Origin: Steroidobacteraceae bacterium | GTDB taxonomy: Bacteria > Pseudomonadota > Gammaproteobacteria > Steroidobacterales > Steroidobacteraceae | Length of the DNA stretch: 64,000 nt | Direction: 5' to 3' | NCBI GenBank assembly: GCA_049515055.1 | Contig: JBEKUL010000013.1 | Location: forward strand, 5,896 to 69,895 | Shown: positions 1 to 10,779 of the stretch, piece after piece | Layout: each line of letters begins with the position of its first letter | How positions within the stretch are numbered: position 1 is the stretch's first letter | The notes under the pieces: generated by a model | Database searches by the model: none | Seen by the model: only the letters and a program-made list of their open reading frames with translations | What the model was told of the DNA's origin: nothing | Translations under genes and position numbers: made by a program

Positions 1-1
1 G

Positions 2-190
2 CTGCGCTGCCCCACCTGCAAACGCCAGATCGATTGGTCGGATGCGTACCCCTATCGCCCGTTCTGCAGCGAGCGCTGCCGGCTGATCGACCTGGGCGCA
101 TGGCTCGGCGAGCAGCATGCCATCGCCGGCAACAGCGCCGAGCTCGGCGATGAGACGGCGGCGGCGCGCGAGGAGCCGCGCGAGGGCTAG
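2..190 (+). CDS. yacG: DNA gyrase inhibitor YacG (zinc ribbon), 5' end cut by window edge
   Basis: The frame is open from the window start to TAG 188-190. The translation [41 protein letters not shown] shows the YacG CPxC...RPFCSxRCxxIDLGxW signature. It is absent from the ORF track because no start codon lies in the window. Confidence 0.8.
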   Translation: MRCPTCKRQIDWSDAYPYRPFCSERCRLIDLGAWLGEQHAIAGNSAELGDETAAAREEPREG

Positions 191-567
191 AGCTTGATCT
201 TGCCGCCGCCAGGCAGCGCGCCGCCGCCCACGTCTGGCACCACGATGCGCGAGGCGCTCTCGCGCCGAAACTCGCGCGCCTCCTCGATCGCCTGCTCGAG
301 CGCGCTCTTGACCGCTGCCGGGAATTTCGCGACCGCCTCCTCGAGCGTGAGCGCCTCGATCTCGAAGCCCAGCGGCAGCACGCCATTGGGTGTCAGCAAT
401 TGCGTCTGCCCTGAATACAGCACCGCGCGCTTCGGATCGGTGCTGCCATCGATCAATACAGGGATCAGGCGCCGGATCGTGCCCGCCTTGCGATCGGTGA
501 AGATGTCCTCGCGATACAGTCCGGCTCTATCGAGCTGGATATCCGGCATGCCGGGATCCTGCGCCAT
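187..567 (-). CDS. hypothetical protein, 126 aa, Gly-rich C-terminal tail ([13 protein letters not shown])
   Basis: ORF track 187..567. Third codon positions are strongly G/C-biased. ATG 567 is preceded by AGAGGTGAT (Shine-Dalgarno) at 5-nt spacing. The amino-acid composition is balanced, unlike the R/A-rich antisense shadow ORFs. I recognise no family. Confidence 0.6.
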   Translation of the reverse strand: MAQDPGMPDIQLDRAGLYREDIFTDRKAGTIRRLIPVLIDGSTDPKRAVLYSGQTQLLTPNGVLPLGFEIEALTLEEAVAKFPAAVKSALEQAIEEAREFRRESASRIVVPDVGGGALPGGGKIKL

Positions 568-970
568 GTGCGATCACCTCTTGAGCATTGAGAACATCTA
601 CGATTGGCAGGTCGGCCGGCAACAGCGCCTGCTGCGACAGCGCGGCCACATTCACCCATTGGAGCGTCTGGCCCTCGAGGCCCGCGGGCTCGCCGCGATA
701 ATCATCGACGACGAATGCCTCGAGCTCGACCACGTACTGGCCGTAATCATGCCGCAATTGCAGCAGCAGATGACAGCTGCGCAATTCGATTCCAAGCTCC
801 TCGCGCAGCTCCCGGCGCAGCGCCTGCTGCGCGCTTTCAGGCCCATCGAGCTTGCCGCCCGGAAACTCCCACAGCCCCGCCATCGGTTTGCCCCGCGGCC
901 GCTGTGCCAGCAGCACGCGTCCGGCCGCATCGAACAGCAGCGCGGCCGCCACGCGCACGGACGCACTCAT
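527..970 (-). CDS. mutT: Nudix hydrolase, MutT-like 8-oxo-dGTP diphosphatase
   Basis: ORF 527..997 trimmed to ATG 970 (MSASVRV), which overlaps the secA TGA as ATGA. The Nudix box [24 protein letters not shown] is present. The position directly after secA matches E. coli. Confidence 0.85.
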   Translation of the reverse strand: MSASVRVAAALLFDAAGRVLLAQRPRGKPMAGLWEFPGGKLDGPESAQQALRRELREELGIELRSCHLLLQLRHDYGQYVVELEAFVVDDYRGEPAGLEGQTLQWVNVAALSQQALLPADLPIVDVLNAQEVIAHGAGSRHAGYPAR

Positions 971-3789
971 TGGCTGCTCGCCAGCGCGCCGTGGCAATGC
1001 TTGTACTTTTTACCCGATCCGCAGGGACAGGGCTCGTTGCGTCCCACCTTGCGCTCCTGACGCACAAAGGGCGCGACCGGCTCGAGCGGCTCGCCTGGCC
1101 TGGGCGCGGCCAGCGGCGCAGCGCCCGCCAGTCGGCCAGATGGCTGCGCCGGCGCCTCGGGCTCAGCCCCGCCGAGCAACGGCAGGACCTCGGCGTGCTG
1201 CGCCTGCAGCGCCCGCATGAGCCGCTCGCGCCGCTCCACCTCATCGCGCTCGATCTGCTCCTGGGTGCGCACCTCGATCTTCGCCAGCGTCGAGACGGTA
1301 TCGAAGCGCACCCGATCGAGCATGGCCGAGAACAGCTCGAAGGCCTCGCGCTTGTACTCGAAGCGGTAGTCTTTTTGCGCATAGCCGCGCAGATGTATGC
1401 CCTGGCGCAGGTAATCCATCGCCGCGAGATGATCGCGCCAGTGCTGATCGAGCGTGCGCAGCACGACGTCGCGCTCGACGTGTCGCATGATCGGCGCGCC
1501 GGTGCGCTCGAGCTTGTGCTGATAGGCGCCGCGCGCCGCCTCCAGCACGCGCGCGCGCACTGCCGCGGCTTCCAGTTCCGGCTCGCTCTCGAGCCAGCTC
1601 GCCGGCGTCACGCTCACGTTGAAGTCGCGCTGCAATGCCTGCTGCAGGCCCTCGAGGTTCCAGTCCTGCGGTGCGCTGTTGGGCACGACGAATTCATCCA
1701 CCAGGCCGTGGAGCGCATCATCGAACATCTCGATGATCGCTGCGCTCATGTCGGCGGTGCCGAGAATCTCGGTGCGCTGCTGATAGATCACCTTGCGCTG
1801 ATCGTTCGCCACATCGTCAAACAACAACAATTGCTTGCGGATGTCGAAATTGTGCGCCTCGACTTTGCGCTGCGCCTTCTCGATCTGGCGCGTGAGCATG
1901 CCGCTTTCGATGACTTCGCCTTCCTTCATGCCGGCGAATTGCAGCAGCTTCTGCGTGCGCGCCGGGTCACCGAAGATGCGCATCAGATTGTCTTCCATCG
2001 ACAGATAGAAGCGACTCGAGCCCGGGTCGCCCTGACGTCCCGAGCGGCCGCGCAACTGATTGTCGATGCGCCGCGACTCGTGGCGTTCTGTGCCGATGAT
2101 GTGCAGGCCGCCGGCGCCGATAACCTGGTCATGGCGTGACTGCCAGGCTGCTCGTATGGCAGCACCCTGCGTCTCGGTCTGCGCCGGCTCGGCAGCGGCA
2201 GCGCCCTGCTCGAGAATCTGCGCCTCGCGCAGCGTCGCGAGCTCGGCCTCGAGATTGCCGCCGAGCACGATATCGGTGCCGCGGCCGGCCATGTTCGTGG
2301 CTATGGTGACCGTGCCGGGGCGGCCGGCCTGCGCGATCACGTGCGCCTCGCGCTCGTGCTGCTTGGCGTTGAGCACCTGGTGCGCAATGCCGCGCTTGCT
2401 GAGCAGACCGGAGAGGAATTCCGAGGTCTCGATCGAGGTCGTGCCGACCAGCACGGGTTGCGCGCGCTTCACGCAGTCCTCGATGTCTTCGATGATCGCT
2501 TCGAATTTGTCCTTCTGACTCAGATAGACGAAATCCGGATTATCCTTGCGGATCATGGGCCGGTGGGTCGGGATCACGACGACCTCGAGCCCATAGATCT
2601 GCAGGAATTCCGGCGCCTCGGTGTCGGCGGTGCCGGTCATGCCTGCGAGCTTCTTGTACAGACGAAAATAATTCTGGAACGTGATCGAGGCGACGGTTTG
2701 GTTCTCCTCGCGCACCCGCACGCCCTCTTTGGCCTCGATCGCCTGATGCAGCCCGTCGGACCAGCGCCGACCCGGCATCGTGCGGCCCGTGAACTCATCG
2801 ACGATGATGACTTCGCCGCCGCGCACGATGTACTCGACGTCGCGCTTGTAGAGCGCATGCGAGCGCAGCGCCGCGTTCAGGTGGTGCATCAGGCGAATGT
2901 TGGCCGTGTCATACAGGCTCTCGCCCGCGCGCAACAAGCCGGCCTCGGCCATGAGCTGCTCGACGCGCTCGTGCCCGGCTTCAGTCAGGTGCACCTGCTT
3001 GCCCTTCTCATCGACCGAGAAATCTCCGGGCCCCTCCTCAACCTGTTGGCGCGTGAGCCGCGGCACCAGCTCATTGATGCGCAGGTATATCTCGGTACTC
3101 TCCTCGGCCGGCCCGGAGATGATCAGCGGTGTGCGCGCCTCATCGATCAGGATCGAATCGACTTCATCGACAATCGCGTACGACAACGAGCGTTGCACCC
3201 GATCCTCGAGCCGGAAGGCGAGATTGTCGCGCAGATAATCGAAGCCGAACTCGTTGTTGGTGCCGTACGTGATGTCGCTGGCATAGGCGGCGCGCTTCTC
3301 GGAGGCATCCTGGGAATTGCGGATCACGCCGACGCTCAGTCCGAGGAAGCGATAGATCGGACCCATCCAATCGGCGTCGCGCTGCGCCAGATACTCGTTC
3401 ACCGTCACCACATGCACGCCCTCTCCGGGCAGCGCATTCAAATAGGCCGCGAGCGTCGACATCAGCGTCTTGCCCTCGCCGGTGCGCATCTCGGAGATGC
3501 GCCCCTGATGCAACGCGATGCCGCCGATCAACTGGACGTCGAAGTGACGCAATCCGAGCGTGCGCCGAGCCGCCTCGCGCACGACTGCAAAGGCTTCAGG
3601 CAAAAGCTGATCGAGCGTGCTGCCCTGCTGCAGCTGCGCGCGAAATTGCGCGGTCTTGGCGCGCAGGTCCTCATCGGACAACCCCTGCAATGCGCTCTCG
3701 TGGGCACCCGCCTCGCGCACCAGTCGCGCGTAACTCTTGATGAGCCGGTCGTTGCGGCTGCCGAAAACACGCGTCAGGGCCTGAAGCAC
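967..3789 (-). CDS. secA: preprotein translocase ATPase SecA
   Basis: 940-aa ORF with GTG start 3789 and an AAGGA SD 6 nt upstream. The N-terminus is [15 protein letters not shown]. Motor motifs MRTGEGKTL and [19 protein letters not shown] are present, as is the C-terminal zinc tail [14 protein letters not shown]. Confidence 0.97.
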   Translation of the reverse strand: MLQALTRVFGSRNDRLIKSYARLVREAGAHESALQGLSDEDLRAKTAQFRAQLQQGSTLDQLLPEAFAVVREAARRTLGLRHFDVQLIGGIALHQGRISEMRTGEGKTLMSTLAAYLNALPGEGVHVVTVNEYLAQRDADWMGPIYRFLGLSVGVIRNSQDASEKRAAYASDITYGTNNEFGFDYLRDNLAFRLEDRVQRSLSYAIVDEVDSILIDEARTPLIISGPAEESTEIYLRINELVPRLTRQQVEEGPGDFSVDEKGKQVHLTEAGHERVEQLMAEAGLLRAGESLYDTANIRLMHHLNAALRSHALYKRDVEYIVRGGEVIIVDEFTGRTMPGRRWSDGLHQAIEAKEGVRVREENQTVASITFQNYFRLYKKLAGMTGTADTEAPEFLQIYGLEVVVIPTHRPMIRKDNPDFVYLSQKDKFEAIIEDIEDCVKRAQPVLVGTTSIETSEFLSGLLSKRGIAHQVLNAKQHEREAHVIAQAGRPGTVTIATNMAGRGTDIVLGGNLEAELATLREAQILEQGAAAAEPAQTETQGAAIRAAWQSRHDQVIGAGGLHIIGTERHESRRIDNQLRGRSGRQGDPGSSRFYLSMEDNLMRIFGDPARTQKLLQFAGMKEGEVIESGMLTRQIEKAQRKVEAHNFDIRKQLLLFDDVANDQRKVIYQQRTEILGTADMSAAIIEMFDDALHGLVDEFVVPNSAPQDWNLEGLQQALQRDFNVSVTPASWLESEPELEAAAVRARVLEAARGAYQHKLERTGAPIMRHVERDVVLRTLDQHWRDHLAAMDYLRQGIHLRGYAQKDYRFEYKREAFELFSAMLDRVRFDTVSTLAKIEVRTQEQIERDEVERRERLMRALQAQHAEVLPLLGGAEPEAPAQPSGRLAGAAPLAAPRPGEPLEPVAPFVRQERKVGRNEPCPCGSGKKYKHCHGALASSQ

Positions 3790-3967
3790 AAGCCATCCTT
3801 CGGAAAAATAATGAGCGCCATCAGCGGCTTGAGAACAGCGCGCGCCTGGCCAAGGCTCGGTATTGTAAGGGTAGACAGCGCGTCGAAGTAGTCGTTCTGA
3901 GCGCGACTGCGCCTATAGCGCGCGCGCCAGACAGAGCGCCGCCCGACGCTGCTCCAGTACTTGCCCG

Positions 3968-4879
3968 CTAGTGCCCGACGTAGGCCATCGGGTCGGTCTG
4001 CCGGCCGTCCTTCACGACCTCAAAGTGCACATGAGGTCCGGTAGAGCGCCCCGTCGAGCCCACGACGGCGACAGCCTGGCCGCGCTGCACCTCGTCCCCG
4101 ACGTGCACGAGCGTCTGGGCATTGTGCGCGTAACGAGTCGTATAGCCGTTGCCGTGATTGATCTCGACAAGATTACCGTAGCCCTCGCGCGGCCCGGCCC
4201 AGATCACGATGCCGGCTGCCACAGCCAGTACGTCAGTGCCCGCGTCGGTAGCAAAGTCCACGCCCTTGTGCATGGCCTCTTCGCCATTGAATGGATCCAT
4301 GCGCTCGCCGAAGTACGAAGAGATATAACCCTCACGCACCGGCCGGCCGCTGGGTTTGATCTCCGCCGACAGCTGTCGGCCCAGGATCACGTTCTCGAGC
4401 GAGGAGAACTGCGCACTGCGATTATCGATGCGACGGCCCAACTGATCGATCATCGCCGTGATGTCCGGTATCTGCGCGGCCCGGCCCATTCCATCAGACT
4501 CCGAGCCGCCTAAGGGCGGATCATGATCAAAATCGAATTCGCGGCTATTGATATTAGCCATCTGCGTGAGCTGCTTGCCCAGCGCGTTCAGACGCATCAG
4601 ATTCGCATTGATAGTGCCGAGGCGCAGTGCGAGCGCATCGACCTTGTCCTGCACGTCTGATCGCAACGCAGCCATCTGCTGCTGCTCGGCATGCAGCGCT
4701 GCCGCCGGACTGAGCACCGACATCGGCGCGGTGCTGTGCTGCCCGAGCGTCAGCCCGAGTGCGAACACACCAGCGACCACGCTCAGACTCAGCAGACTGA
4801 GCAGACTCAGCGTAACGGGATGAGTAAGATTGAAGGCGCGGGTCTGGCCAAGGCGGCGCGAGCACAATATGACATTCAT
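3968..4879 (-). CDS. M23 family metallopeptidase (membrane-anchored, coiled-coil N-terminal half)
   Basis: M23 motifs HKGVDFATDAGTDV, GYGNLVEINHGNGYTTRYAHN and GSTGRSTGPHVHFEV are present. There is an N-terminal hydrophobic segment. Confidence 0.9.
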   Translation of the reverse strand: MNVILCSRRLGQTRAFNLTHPVTLSLLSLLSLSVVAGVFALGLTLGQHSTAPMSVLSPAAALHAEQQQMAALRSDVQDKVDALALRLGTINANLMRLNALGKQLTQMANINSREFDFDHDPPLGGSESDGMGRAAQIPDITAMIDQLGRRIDNRSAQFSSLENVILGRQLSAEIKPSGRPVREGYISSYFGERMDPFNGEEAMHKGVDFATDAGTDVLAVAAGIVIWAGPREGYGNLVEINHGNGYTTRYAHNAQTLVHVGDEVQRGQAVAVVGSTGRSTGPHVHFEVVKDGRQTDPMAYVGH

Positions 4880-5020
4880 GGGTGTCGCTTCCGTCTCCCT
4901 GTGGCCAAATGCATTAGTTTTGTCTCACCGGCGACTCCACCGCATGCTGCAATCGCACACCAGTGGCCGGCGTTGTGGCCTGATGCAAGTGTGAATTGCC
5001 CTTGATCGGCGCGCCCGACT

Positions 5021-5401
5021 ATGCACAAGAAGCCCGCCTCTGACAAGAAGACTCGCGCACGAAATCGCTCACAGCGCCCTTCATATGGTAACTCTCACTC
5101 CACAATCAAGGACTTACTAAGACAAGGCCCCAAGCTGCGCGAGCTGGCGGCTCATCTGCCGCAGCAGCAGTCCTGGGTCCTGTGGCTGCGCGCGCTCTTA
5201 CCGGCCGAACTGGGGGCCCATATCGTCAATGCCGTACCCAGGAGCCTCGTGGCGGATGGGGGGCGCGGCGAGCTCGTAGTCTTTGCCGATTCGGCAGCCT
5301 GGTGCAGCCGTCTGCGCTATGCGCTGGTGACAATCGAGGCGCAGATTATTGCCCGCGATGCTGCTATGCAGCGCACGCGCGTGCGCGTCGCGGTGCTCTA
5401 A
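5021..5401 (+). CDS. DUF721 domain protein, possible DciA-type helicase loader
   Basis: 126-aa ORF with a basic N-terminus. The core WLRALLPAELGAHIVNAVPRSLVADGGRGELVVFADSAAWCSRLRY resembles the DUF721 pattern (W..vvg..la.h..p..l..g.L.v.v.ssawa..Lr). It occupies the lpxC-secA interval, where related gammaproteobacteria carry a DUF721 gene. The assignment is from memory only. Confidence 0.6.
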   Translation: MHKKPASDKKTRARNRSQRPSYGNSHSTIKDLLRQGPKLRELAAHLPQQQSWVLWLRALLPAELGAHIVNAVPRSLVADGGRGELVVFADSAAWCSRLRYALVTIEAQIIARDAAMQRTRVRVAVL

Positions 5402-5404
5402 AGC

Positions 5405-6334
5405 TCAGGAAGCCAGCGCAGCGCTTGCGGCTGAATGGGCCGGAACGTACGAGATCGGCGCCTGCTCGGGGCTCTCGAACACGACCTCTTCGGAGGCCTG
5501 CGGATCGCGCAGCAATGAGCGCAGCAACGCGTTGTTCAGGCCGTGACCGGACTTGTGACCGCTGAACTCGCCGATCAGGCTGTGACCGAGCAGATACAGA
5601 TCGCCGATGGCATCCAGAATCTTGTGCTTGACGAACTCGTCCTCGTAACGCAGGCCGTCTTCATTCATCACCCCGACATCATCCAGGACGATTGCATTGT
5701 CGAGCGTGCCACCCAGGGCGAGGTTGTGCGCGCGCAGCGTCTCAAGATCACGCATGAAGCCGAAGGTGCGGGCGCGACTGATCTCCTTGAGAAATGATGT
5801 GGTTGAAAAATCCATCGTGGCGCGCTGCAGGTGGCGTTTGAAGACCGGATGATCGAATTCGATCTCGAAATTGACCTTGAAGCCCTCGAACGGATCAAAG
5901 CGGGCCCATTTGTCCCCATCCTCAACCAGCACGGTCTTCTTGATGCGGATGAAACGCTTGGGAACCGCCTGTTCCTCGATGCCGGCGGACTGCAGCAGGA
6001 ATACAAACGGCCCGGCGCTGCCATCCATGATCGGCACCTCGGCCGCCGTCACCTCAACGATGGCATTGTCGATGCCCAGGCCCGCAAAGGCTGACAGCAG
6101 ATGCTCGACGGTGGAGATGCGCGCCGAGCCGTTGACCAGCGTCGTGCCCAGAGTGGTCTCGCCCACATTGGCCGCGCGCGCGGCGATGTCGACCGGCTGC
6201 GCCAGATCGACGCGCCGAAAGCAGATACCGCTATCGGGTGCCGCCGGCCGCAGCGTCATCATGACCTGCTTGCCCGTATGCAACCCCACCCCGGTCGCCC
6301 GAATTGAGGTGCGCAGAGTTCTTTGTCCGACCAT
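5405..6334 (-). CDS. lpxC: UDP-3-O-acyl-N-acetylglucosamine deacetylase
   Basis: 309 aa. LpxC hallmarks include the N-terminus [19 protein letters not shown], plus [16 protein letters not shown] and [20 protein letters not shown] 6334 was verified in the sequence. Confidence 0.97.
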   Translation of the reverse strand: MVGQRTLRTSIRATGVGLHTGKQVMMTLRPAAPDSGICFRRVDLAQPVDIAARAANVGETTLGTTLVNGSARISTVEHLLSAFAGLGIDNAIVEVTAAEVPIMDGSAGPFVFLLQSAGIEEQAVPKRFIRIKKTVLVEDGDKWARFDPFEGFKVNFEIEFDHPVFKRHLQRATMDFSTTSFLKEISRARTFGFMRDLETLRAHNLALGGTLDNAIVLDDVGVMNEDGLRYEDEFVKHKILDAIGDLYLLGHSLIGEFSGHKSGHGLNNALLRSLLRDPQASEEVVFESPEQAPISYVPAHSAASAALAS

Positions 6335-6463
6335 GGCTTGAACCTGAATCCTTTACCCGCCGCAGCCCATCCTGCAGTTCCAGGACTGGCTGCTGTGACT
6401 GATGGCTAAACTAGCATAGGCCGAGCCCCTCGCGCCGTAGGCCAGTGGCTCCTGTGCGCCGCT

Positions 6464-7720
6464 CTAGTCGGCCTGACGTCGCAAAAACGCCGGAATATCC
6501 AACAACTCCTCCGGTTCCGGTTCGCTGCGCAGGCCATCGCCTACGGCGCGCTGCTGGTGGCGCACGATGGTCGGCCGCTCCAGCGCGCTGTAGTCGCTCG
6601 GGCTCATCGGCGCGCGCGCACGGGTAGCGCGCACTGCGCCCGCATCGATGCGCGCACCACCGCCGTCGCGTGCCGTGACCTCGGTGCGTGTCTCGCGCAT
6701 CGCCGGCGCCGCGCGCTCGAGCACCTCGCGTGAAGCCTCGGTGCGCATGCGTTGAGCGGCAGCTCCCCGACCCAGCCCCGTGGCAACGACCGTCACGCGG
6801 ATCTGATTGGACATATCCGGATCGATGACCGTGCCGACCACGACCGTCGCGTCCTCGGAGGCGTATTCCTTGACGATATTACCCACCTCCTCGAATTCGC
6901 CGATCGAGAGGTCCAGGCCCGCGGTCACATTCACCAGGATGCCGTGCGCACCGGCCAGGTTGATGTCTTCGAGCAGCGGCGATGAGACCGCAGTCTCGGC
7001 GGCCTGACGCGCGCGGTTCTCCCCGCTGGCCGAGCCGCTGCCCATCCTGGCCATGCCGGTCTCGCTCATGACCGTGCGCACATCGGCGAAATCGACGTTG
7101 ATCAGGCCCGGGCGCGTGATGAGCTCAGCGATGCCTTGAACCGCGCCCTGCAGGACCTGGTTCGCAGCCTTGAACGCATCGAGCAACGTGGTTGCAGGTC
7201 CGAGCACGGTCAGCAGCTTCTGATTCGGGATCGTGATCAGCGAATCCACGGTCTTGGTCAGCTCGGCGATCCCGTGGTCCGCGACCATGCAGCGTTTGCC
7301 GCCCTCCATCTGAAACGGCTTGGTCACGACCGCGACGGTGAGGATGCCGAGCTCGCGCGCGATCTGCGCGACGACCGGCGCGGCCCCGGTACCGGTGCCC
7401 CCGCCCATGCCGGCCGTAATGAACAGCATGTCGCAGCCCTCGATCAGCTCGACGATGCGATCGCGATCCTCCATTGCGGCCTGGCGGCCCACTTCAGGAT
7501 CGGCGCCCGCGCCCAGCCCCTTGGTAATGCTCGCCCCGATCTGCAGCGAGGTTTTGATCTTCGAGGCCTTCAGCGCCTGCGAGTCGGTATTGACGCAAAT
7601 GAAATCCACGCCCTCGATGCCGCTCGTTACCATATGAGAGACCGCGTTGCCGCCGCCGCCTCCCACGCCTATCACCTTGATTACAGCGCTTTGGCTGTAT
7701 GCATCCATCAGTTCAAACAT
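6464..7720 (-). CDS. ftsZ: cell division GTPase FtsZ
   Basis: 418 aa with the tubulin signature [13 protein letters not shown] and the conserved C-terminal peptide [11 protein letters not shown]. Confidence 0.97.
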   Translation of the reverse strand: MFELMDAYSQSAVIKVIGVGGGGGNAVSHMVTSGIEGVDFICVNTDSQALKASKIKTSLQIGASITKGLGAGADPEVGRQAAMEDRDRIVELIEGCDMLFITAGMGGGTGTGAAPVVAQIARELGILTVAVVTKPFQMEGGKRCMVADHGIAELTKTVDSLITIPNQKLLTVLGPATTLLDAFKAANQVLQGAVQGIAELITRPGLINVDFADVRTVMSETGMARMGSGSASGENRARQAAETAVSSPLLEDINLAGAHGILVNVTAGLDLSIGEFEEVGNIVKEYASEDATVVVGTVIDPDMSNQIRVTVVATGLGRGAAAQRMRTEASREVLERAAPAMRETRTEVTARDGGGARIDAGAVRATRARAPMSPSDYSALERPTIVRHQQRAVGDGLRSEPEPEELLDIPAFLRRQAD

Positions 7721-7755
7721 GTCAGCTCCTTACGTTGAGTTCCGGGGTCGATGAA

Positions 7756-8991
7756 TCAGAAATTGCCTTTGAACCAGCTCTTTACGCGTCCGAGCGCGCC
7801 CGTCAGATTGCCGCTGAGCGCGGCCGCGCGTGAGGCGGGCAACGCGTTCTCGCGCGCGTACAGCAGCAGCCCCACGCCGGTTGAATAGATGGGATTGCGT
7901 ACGACATCGGCCAGACCCTTGACCTGGCCCGGCAGCCCGAGGCGCACCGGCACATGGAAGATCTCCTCGGCCAGATCGATCGCCCCTTCCATGCGCGCAC
8001 TGCCGCCAGTCAGCACGATGCCGGCAGCGATGACTTCTTCGAAACCGCTGCGCTGCAATTCCTCGCGGATCAGATTGAACAATTCCTCGTAGCGCGGCTC
8101 CACGACCTCGGCCAGCGTCTGGCGCGCGAGGCGTCGTGCGGGGCGCTCCCCGACACTGGGCACCTCGATGCTCTCGTCCGGATTGGCCAGCTGCGAGAGC
8201 GCGCACGCATAGCGGATCTTGATGTCCTCGGCGTACTGCGTGGGCGTGCGCATCGAGACGGCGATATCGTTGGTGACCTGATCGCCGGCGATCGGTATCA
8301 CCGCCGTGTGACGAATCGCGCCGGCGCTGAACACCGCGATATCGGTGGTGCCGCCGCCGACATCGACCAGGCACACGCCGAGCTCCTTCTCATCATCGGT
8401 GAGCACCGCGAAGCTCGAAGCCAGCTGCTCGAGCACCACGTCCTCGACCACCAGGCCGCAGCGCTGTACGCACTTGACGATGTTCTGCGCCGCGCTGTCC
8501 GCCCCGGTCACGATGTGCACCTTGGCCTCGAGCCGCACACCGGACATGCCGATCGGATCGCGGATGCCCTCCTGGCCATCGATGAGAAATTCCTGGGGCA
8601 ATACATGCAGGATGCGCTGGTCCGCGGGGATCGCGACCGCTTTAGCCGCCTCGATCACGTGCTCGACGTCAGTGTGCGTGACTTCGCGATCGCGAATCGC
8701 GACCACCCCGTGTGAGTTGAGACTGCGCACGTGGCTGCCGGCGATGCCGGTGTACACCGAATTGATCTCACAATCGGCCATGAGCTCGGCTTCCTCGACC
8801 GCGCGCTGGATCGACTGCACCGTCGACTCGATGTTGACCACCACGCCCTTCTTCAGGCCGCGTGAGGGCTGGCTGCCCATGCCGATGATCTCGATGGTCG
8901 CATCCGCAGTGATCTCCCCGACCAGCGCCAGTACTTTCGAGGTGCCGATATCCAGGCCCACGATGACCTGTTTGTCGGATTTCTTAGCCAT
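7756..8991 (-). CDS. ftsA: cell division protein FtsA
   Basis: 411 aa with actin-like ATPase motifs VGLDIGTSKV and DVGGGTTDIAVF. It overlaps the ftsQ end by 8 nt. Confidence 0.97.
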   Translation of the reverse strand: MAKKSDKQVIVGLDIGTSKVLALVGEITADATIEIIGMGSQPSRGLKKGVVVNIESTVQSIQRAVEEAELMADCEINSVYTGIAGSHVRSLNSHGVVAIRDREVTHTDVEHVIEAAKAVAIPADQRILHVLPQEFLIDGQEGIRDPIGMSGVRLEAKVHIVTGADSAAQNIVKCVQRCGLVVEDVVLEQLASSFAVLTDDEKELGVCLVDVGGGTTDIAVFSAGAIRHTAVIPIAGDQVTNDIAVSMRTPTQYAEDIKIRYACALSQLANPDESIEVPSVGERPARRLARQTLAEVVEPRYEELFNLIREELQRSGFEEVIAAGIVLTGGSARMEGAIDLAEEIFHVPVRLGLPGQVKGLADVVRNPIYSTGVGLLLYARENALPASRAAALSGNLTGALGRVKSWFKGNF

Positions 8992-9802
8992 CGATGTGCA
9001 CCTCTTCTACCGCTCCGACCTGCGCTTGCGGCCGCCACGCCATGTGAGCGCCGCCCTTCCAGCCCACGGCGAAGCCGTTGCCGTAGCGCATGTCGACATA
9101 GGCGATGTCCGTGGCGCGCTGGCTCACGAGCTTCGCGGCAACCGTCATGAAGCGCTCGAAGCGCGCATCGATCTGCTGTCGGCCGAGCCGCAGTTCCACC
9201 CCGTTGTCGAGCCGCAGGCTCAGCGCGCCGCGCGCATCCAGTGTCAGTGCGATCAGACGCAAGCCCGCCTCGGTGAGTCGGCCCTGGATGGCCAGATAGC
9301 GCGCGGTCGCCTGCGCCTCGGAGCCGACTGGACCGGATAGCTGCGCCAGCTCGGGCGGCACGAAGTGCGCCTCGCTCATGAACAACTGCCCGCGCGCATT
9401 GAGCAGACCGCTATCGTTCCAGCGGGCAACGGCCGCCTGCTCGATGATTTCAATGCGCAGCGCGCGCGGCCAGCTGCGCTGCACCGTGGCGCTGTCGACC
9501 CAGGGCAGCGTGCGCAGACCGCCGCTGATGTCCTCGAGGTCAACCGTCACGAGCCCGGCCCCATGCAGCCGGCTGCGCACGATTCGCTCCACATCGAGCG
9601 CCGAGACGCGCTGCAATCGGCCACTGACGATCACGCGCTGTATGGGCTGGTCCAGCAGCCACAGCAGCGTGGCCAATGCCAATGCGCTCAGTGCGAGCGC
9701 GGCGAGGCTCAGACCAATGCCGCGCCAGTTCACGCTCGACAGATAGCGCCGGGGCGCGCGCGCGGCGCCGCGCCGATTGTTGCGCTTGCGCTCCAGCAAC
9801 AT
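8984..9802 (-). CDS. ftsQ: cell division protein FtsQ
   Basis: ORF 8984..10078 trimmed to ATG 9802 ([12 protein letters not shown]), which shares one base with the ddl TGA (TGATG). It has a basic N-terminus, a single TM segment (IGLSLAALALSALALATLLWLL) and a POTRA-like region. Its dcw position fits FtsQ. Confidence 0.85.
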   Translation of the reverse strand: MLLERKRNNRRGAARAPRRYLSSVNWRGIGLSLAALALSALALATLLWLLDQPIQRVIVSGRLQRVSALDVERIVRSRLHGAGLVTVDLEDISGGLRTLPWVDSATVQRSWPRALRIEIIEQAAVARWNDSGLLNARGQLFMSEAHFVPPELAQLSGPVGSEAQATARYLAIQGRLTEAGLRLIALTLDARGALSLRLDNGVELRLGRQQIDARFERFMTVAAKLVSQRATDIAYVDMRYGNGFAVGWKGGAHMAWRPQAQVGAVEEVHIDG

Positions 9803-10779
9803 CAGGGCGCCCCCGGGCGCGCTTCGCGCGCGCAGCTGGTCTCGAGCACGCGCCAGACGAGCTCGTCGAAATCGATCCCGGCCGCGCGCGCTGCCATCGG
9901 CACCAGGCTGTGACCGGTCATGCCTGGCACGGTGTTGATCTCGAGCAATTGCGCTCGACCGGTCCGATCCAGCATGAAATCCGCACGTCCCCACCCTTCC
10001 GCGCCGCAGGCCTCGTAGGCGGCCAGCGCCAGCGCGCCGAGGTGCGACTCGGCCTGCGCGGACAGGCCGGATGGACACAGATAGCGCGTATCGTCGCGCA
10101 GGTACTTGGCCTCATAGTCGTAGAAACTGCGCGGCGTCTCGATGCGGATCGATGGCAGCGCGTGGCCCTGCAACAGCCCCACCGTGTATTCGGCACCCGG
10201 CAAGAACTGCTCGGCGAAGGCGGCCGCATCCAAGCGCTGCGCCGCCTGCAGCGCGGCGGGCAGGTCCTCGGCGCGCTCCACGCGCGAGATGCCGACACTG
10301 GAGCCCTGCGAGGCTGGTTTGACGAACATGGGCAGTCCGAGCCGCTCGATCGCGAGCTCGCAATCGGCGGCCGAACGCAGCACGACGAACGGCGCGCTCG
10401 GCACACCGACCGCCTGCGCCAGCCATTTGGTGCGCAGCTTGTCCATGCCGATGGCCGAGCCCATCACACCGCTGCCGGTGTATGGAATGCCGAGAAACTC
10501 CAGCGCACCCTGCAGCGTTCCGTCCTCGCCGCCGGGTCCGTGCAGCGCGATCCAGACCCGATCGATGCGCAATTCCTGCAACTTTGCGAGCGCACGCAAG
10601 GCCGGGTCAAAGCCCTCGGCGCGCACGCCGCGACGCTGCAGGGCTGCGAGCACGGCCTGCCCGCTCAGCAGCGACACCTCGCGCTCGCTCGAGTCCCCGC
10701 CCAGCAGCACCGCCACACGTCCGAAGCTCGCTGCTTCGCGAACGTGCTCGGGCCCCTGTGTCAGGTGATGCAGGCGCAT
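9802..10779 (-). CDS. ddl: D-alanine--D-alanine ligase
   Basis: 325 aa. It carries [19 protein letters not shown], an ATP-grasp core and the C-terminal [11 protein letters not shown] motif. Confidence 0.95.
   Translation of the reverse strand: MRLHHLTQGPEHVREAASFGRVAVLLGGDSSEREVSLLSGQAVLAALQRRGVRAEGFDPALRALAKLQELRIDRVWIALHGPGGEDGTLQGALEFLGIPYTGSGVMGSAIGMDKLRTKWLAQAVGVPSAPFVVLRSAADCELAIERLGLPMFVKPASQGSSVGISRVERAEDLPAALQAAQRLDAAAFAEQFLPGAEYTVGLLQGHALPSIRIETPRSFYDYEAKYLRDDTRYLCPSGLSAQAESHLGALALAAYEACGAEGWGRADFMLDRTGRAQLLEINTVPGMTGHSLVPMAARAAGIDFDELVWRVLETSCAREARPGAP

Noticed and set aside
604-3891. Two long plus-strand ORFs (604..2139, 511 aa; 2341..3891, 516 aa) antisense to secA.
   Set aside because: They lie entirely opposite a certain gene (secA). 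Their composition is extremely R/A/H/Q-rich and they carry no recognisable motif. This is the typical stop-free antisense frame of a GC-rich, codon-biased gene.
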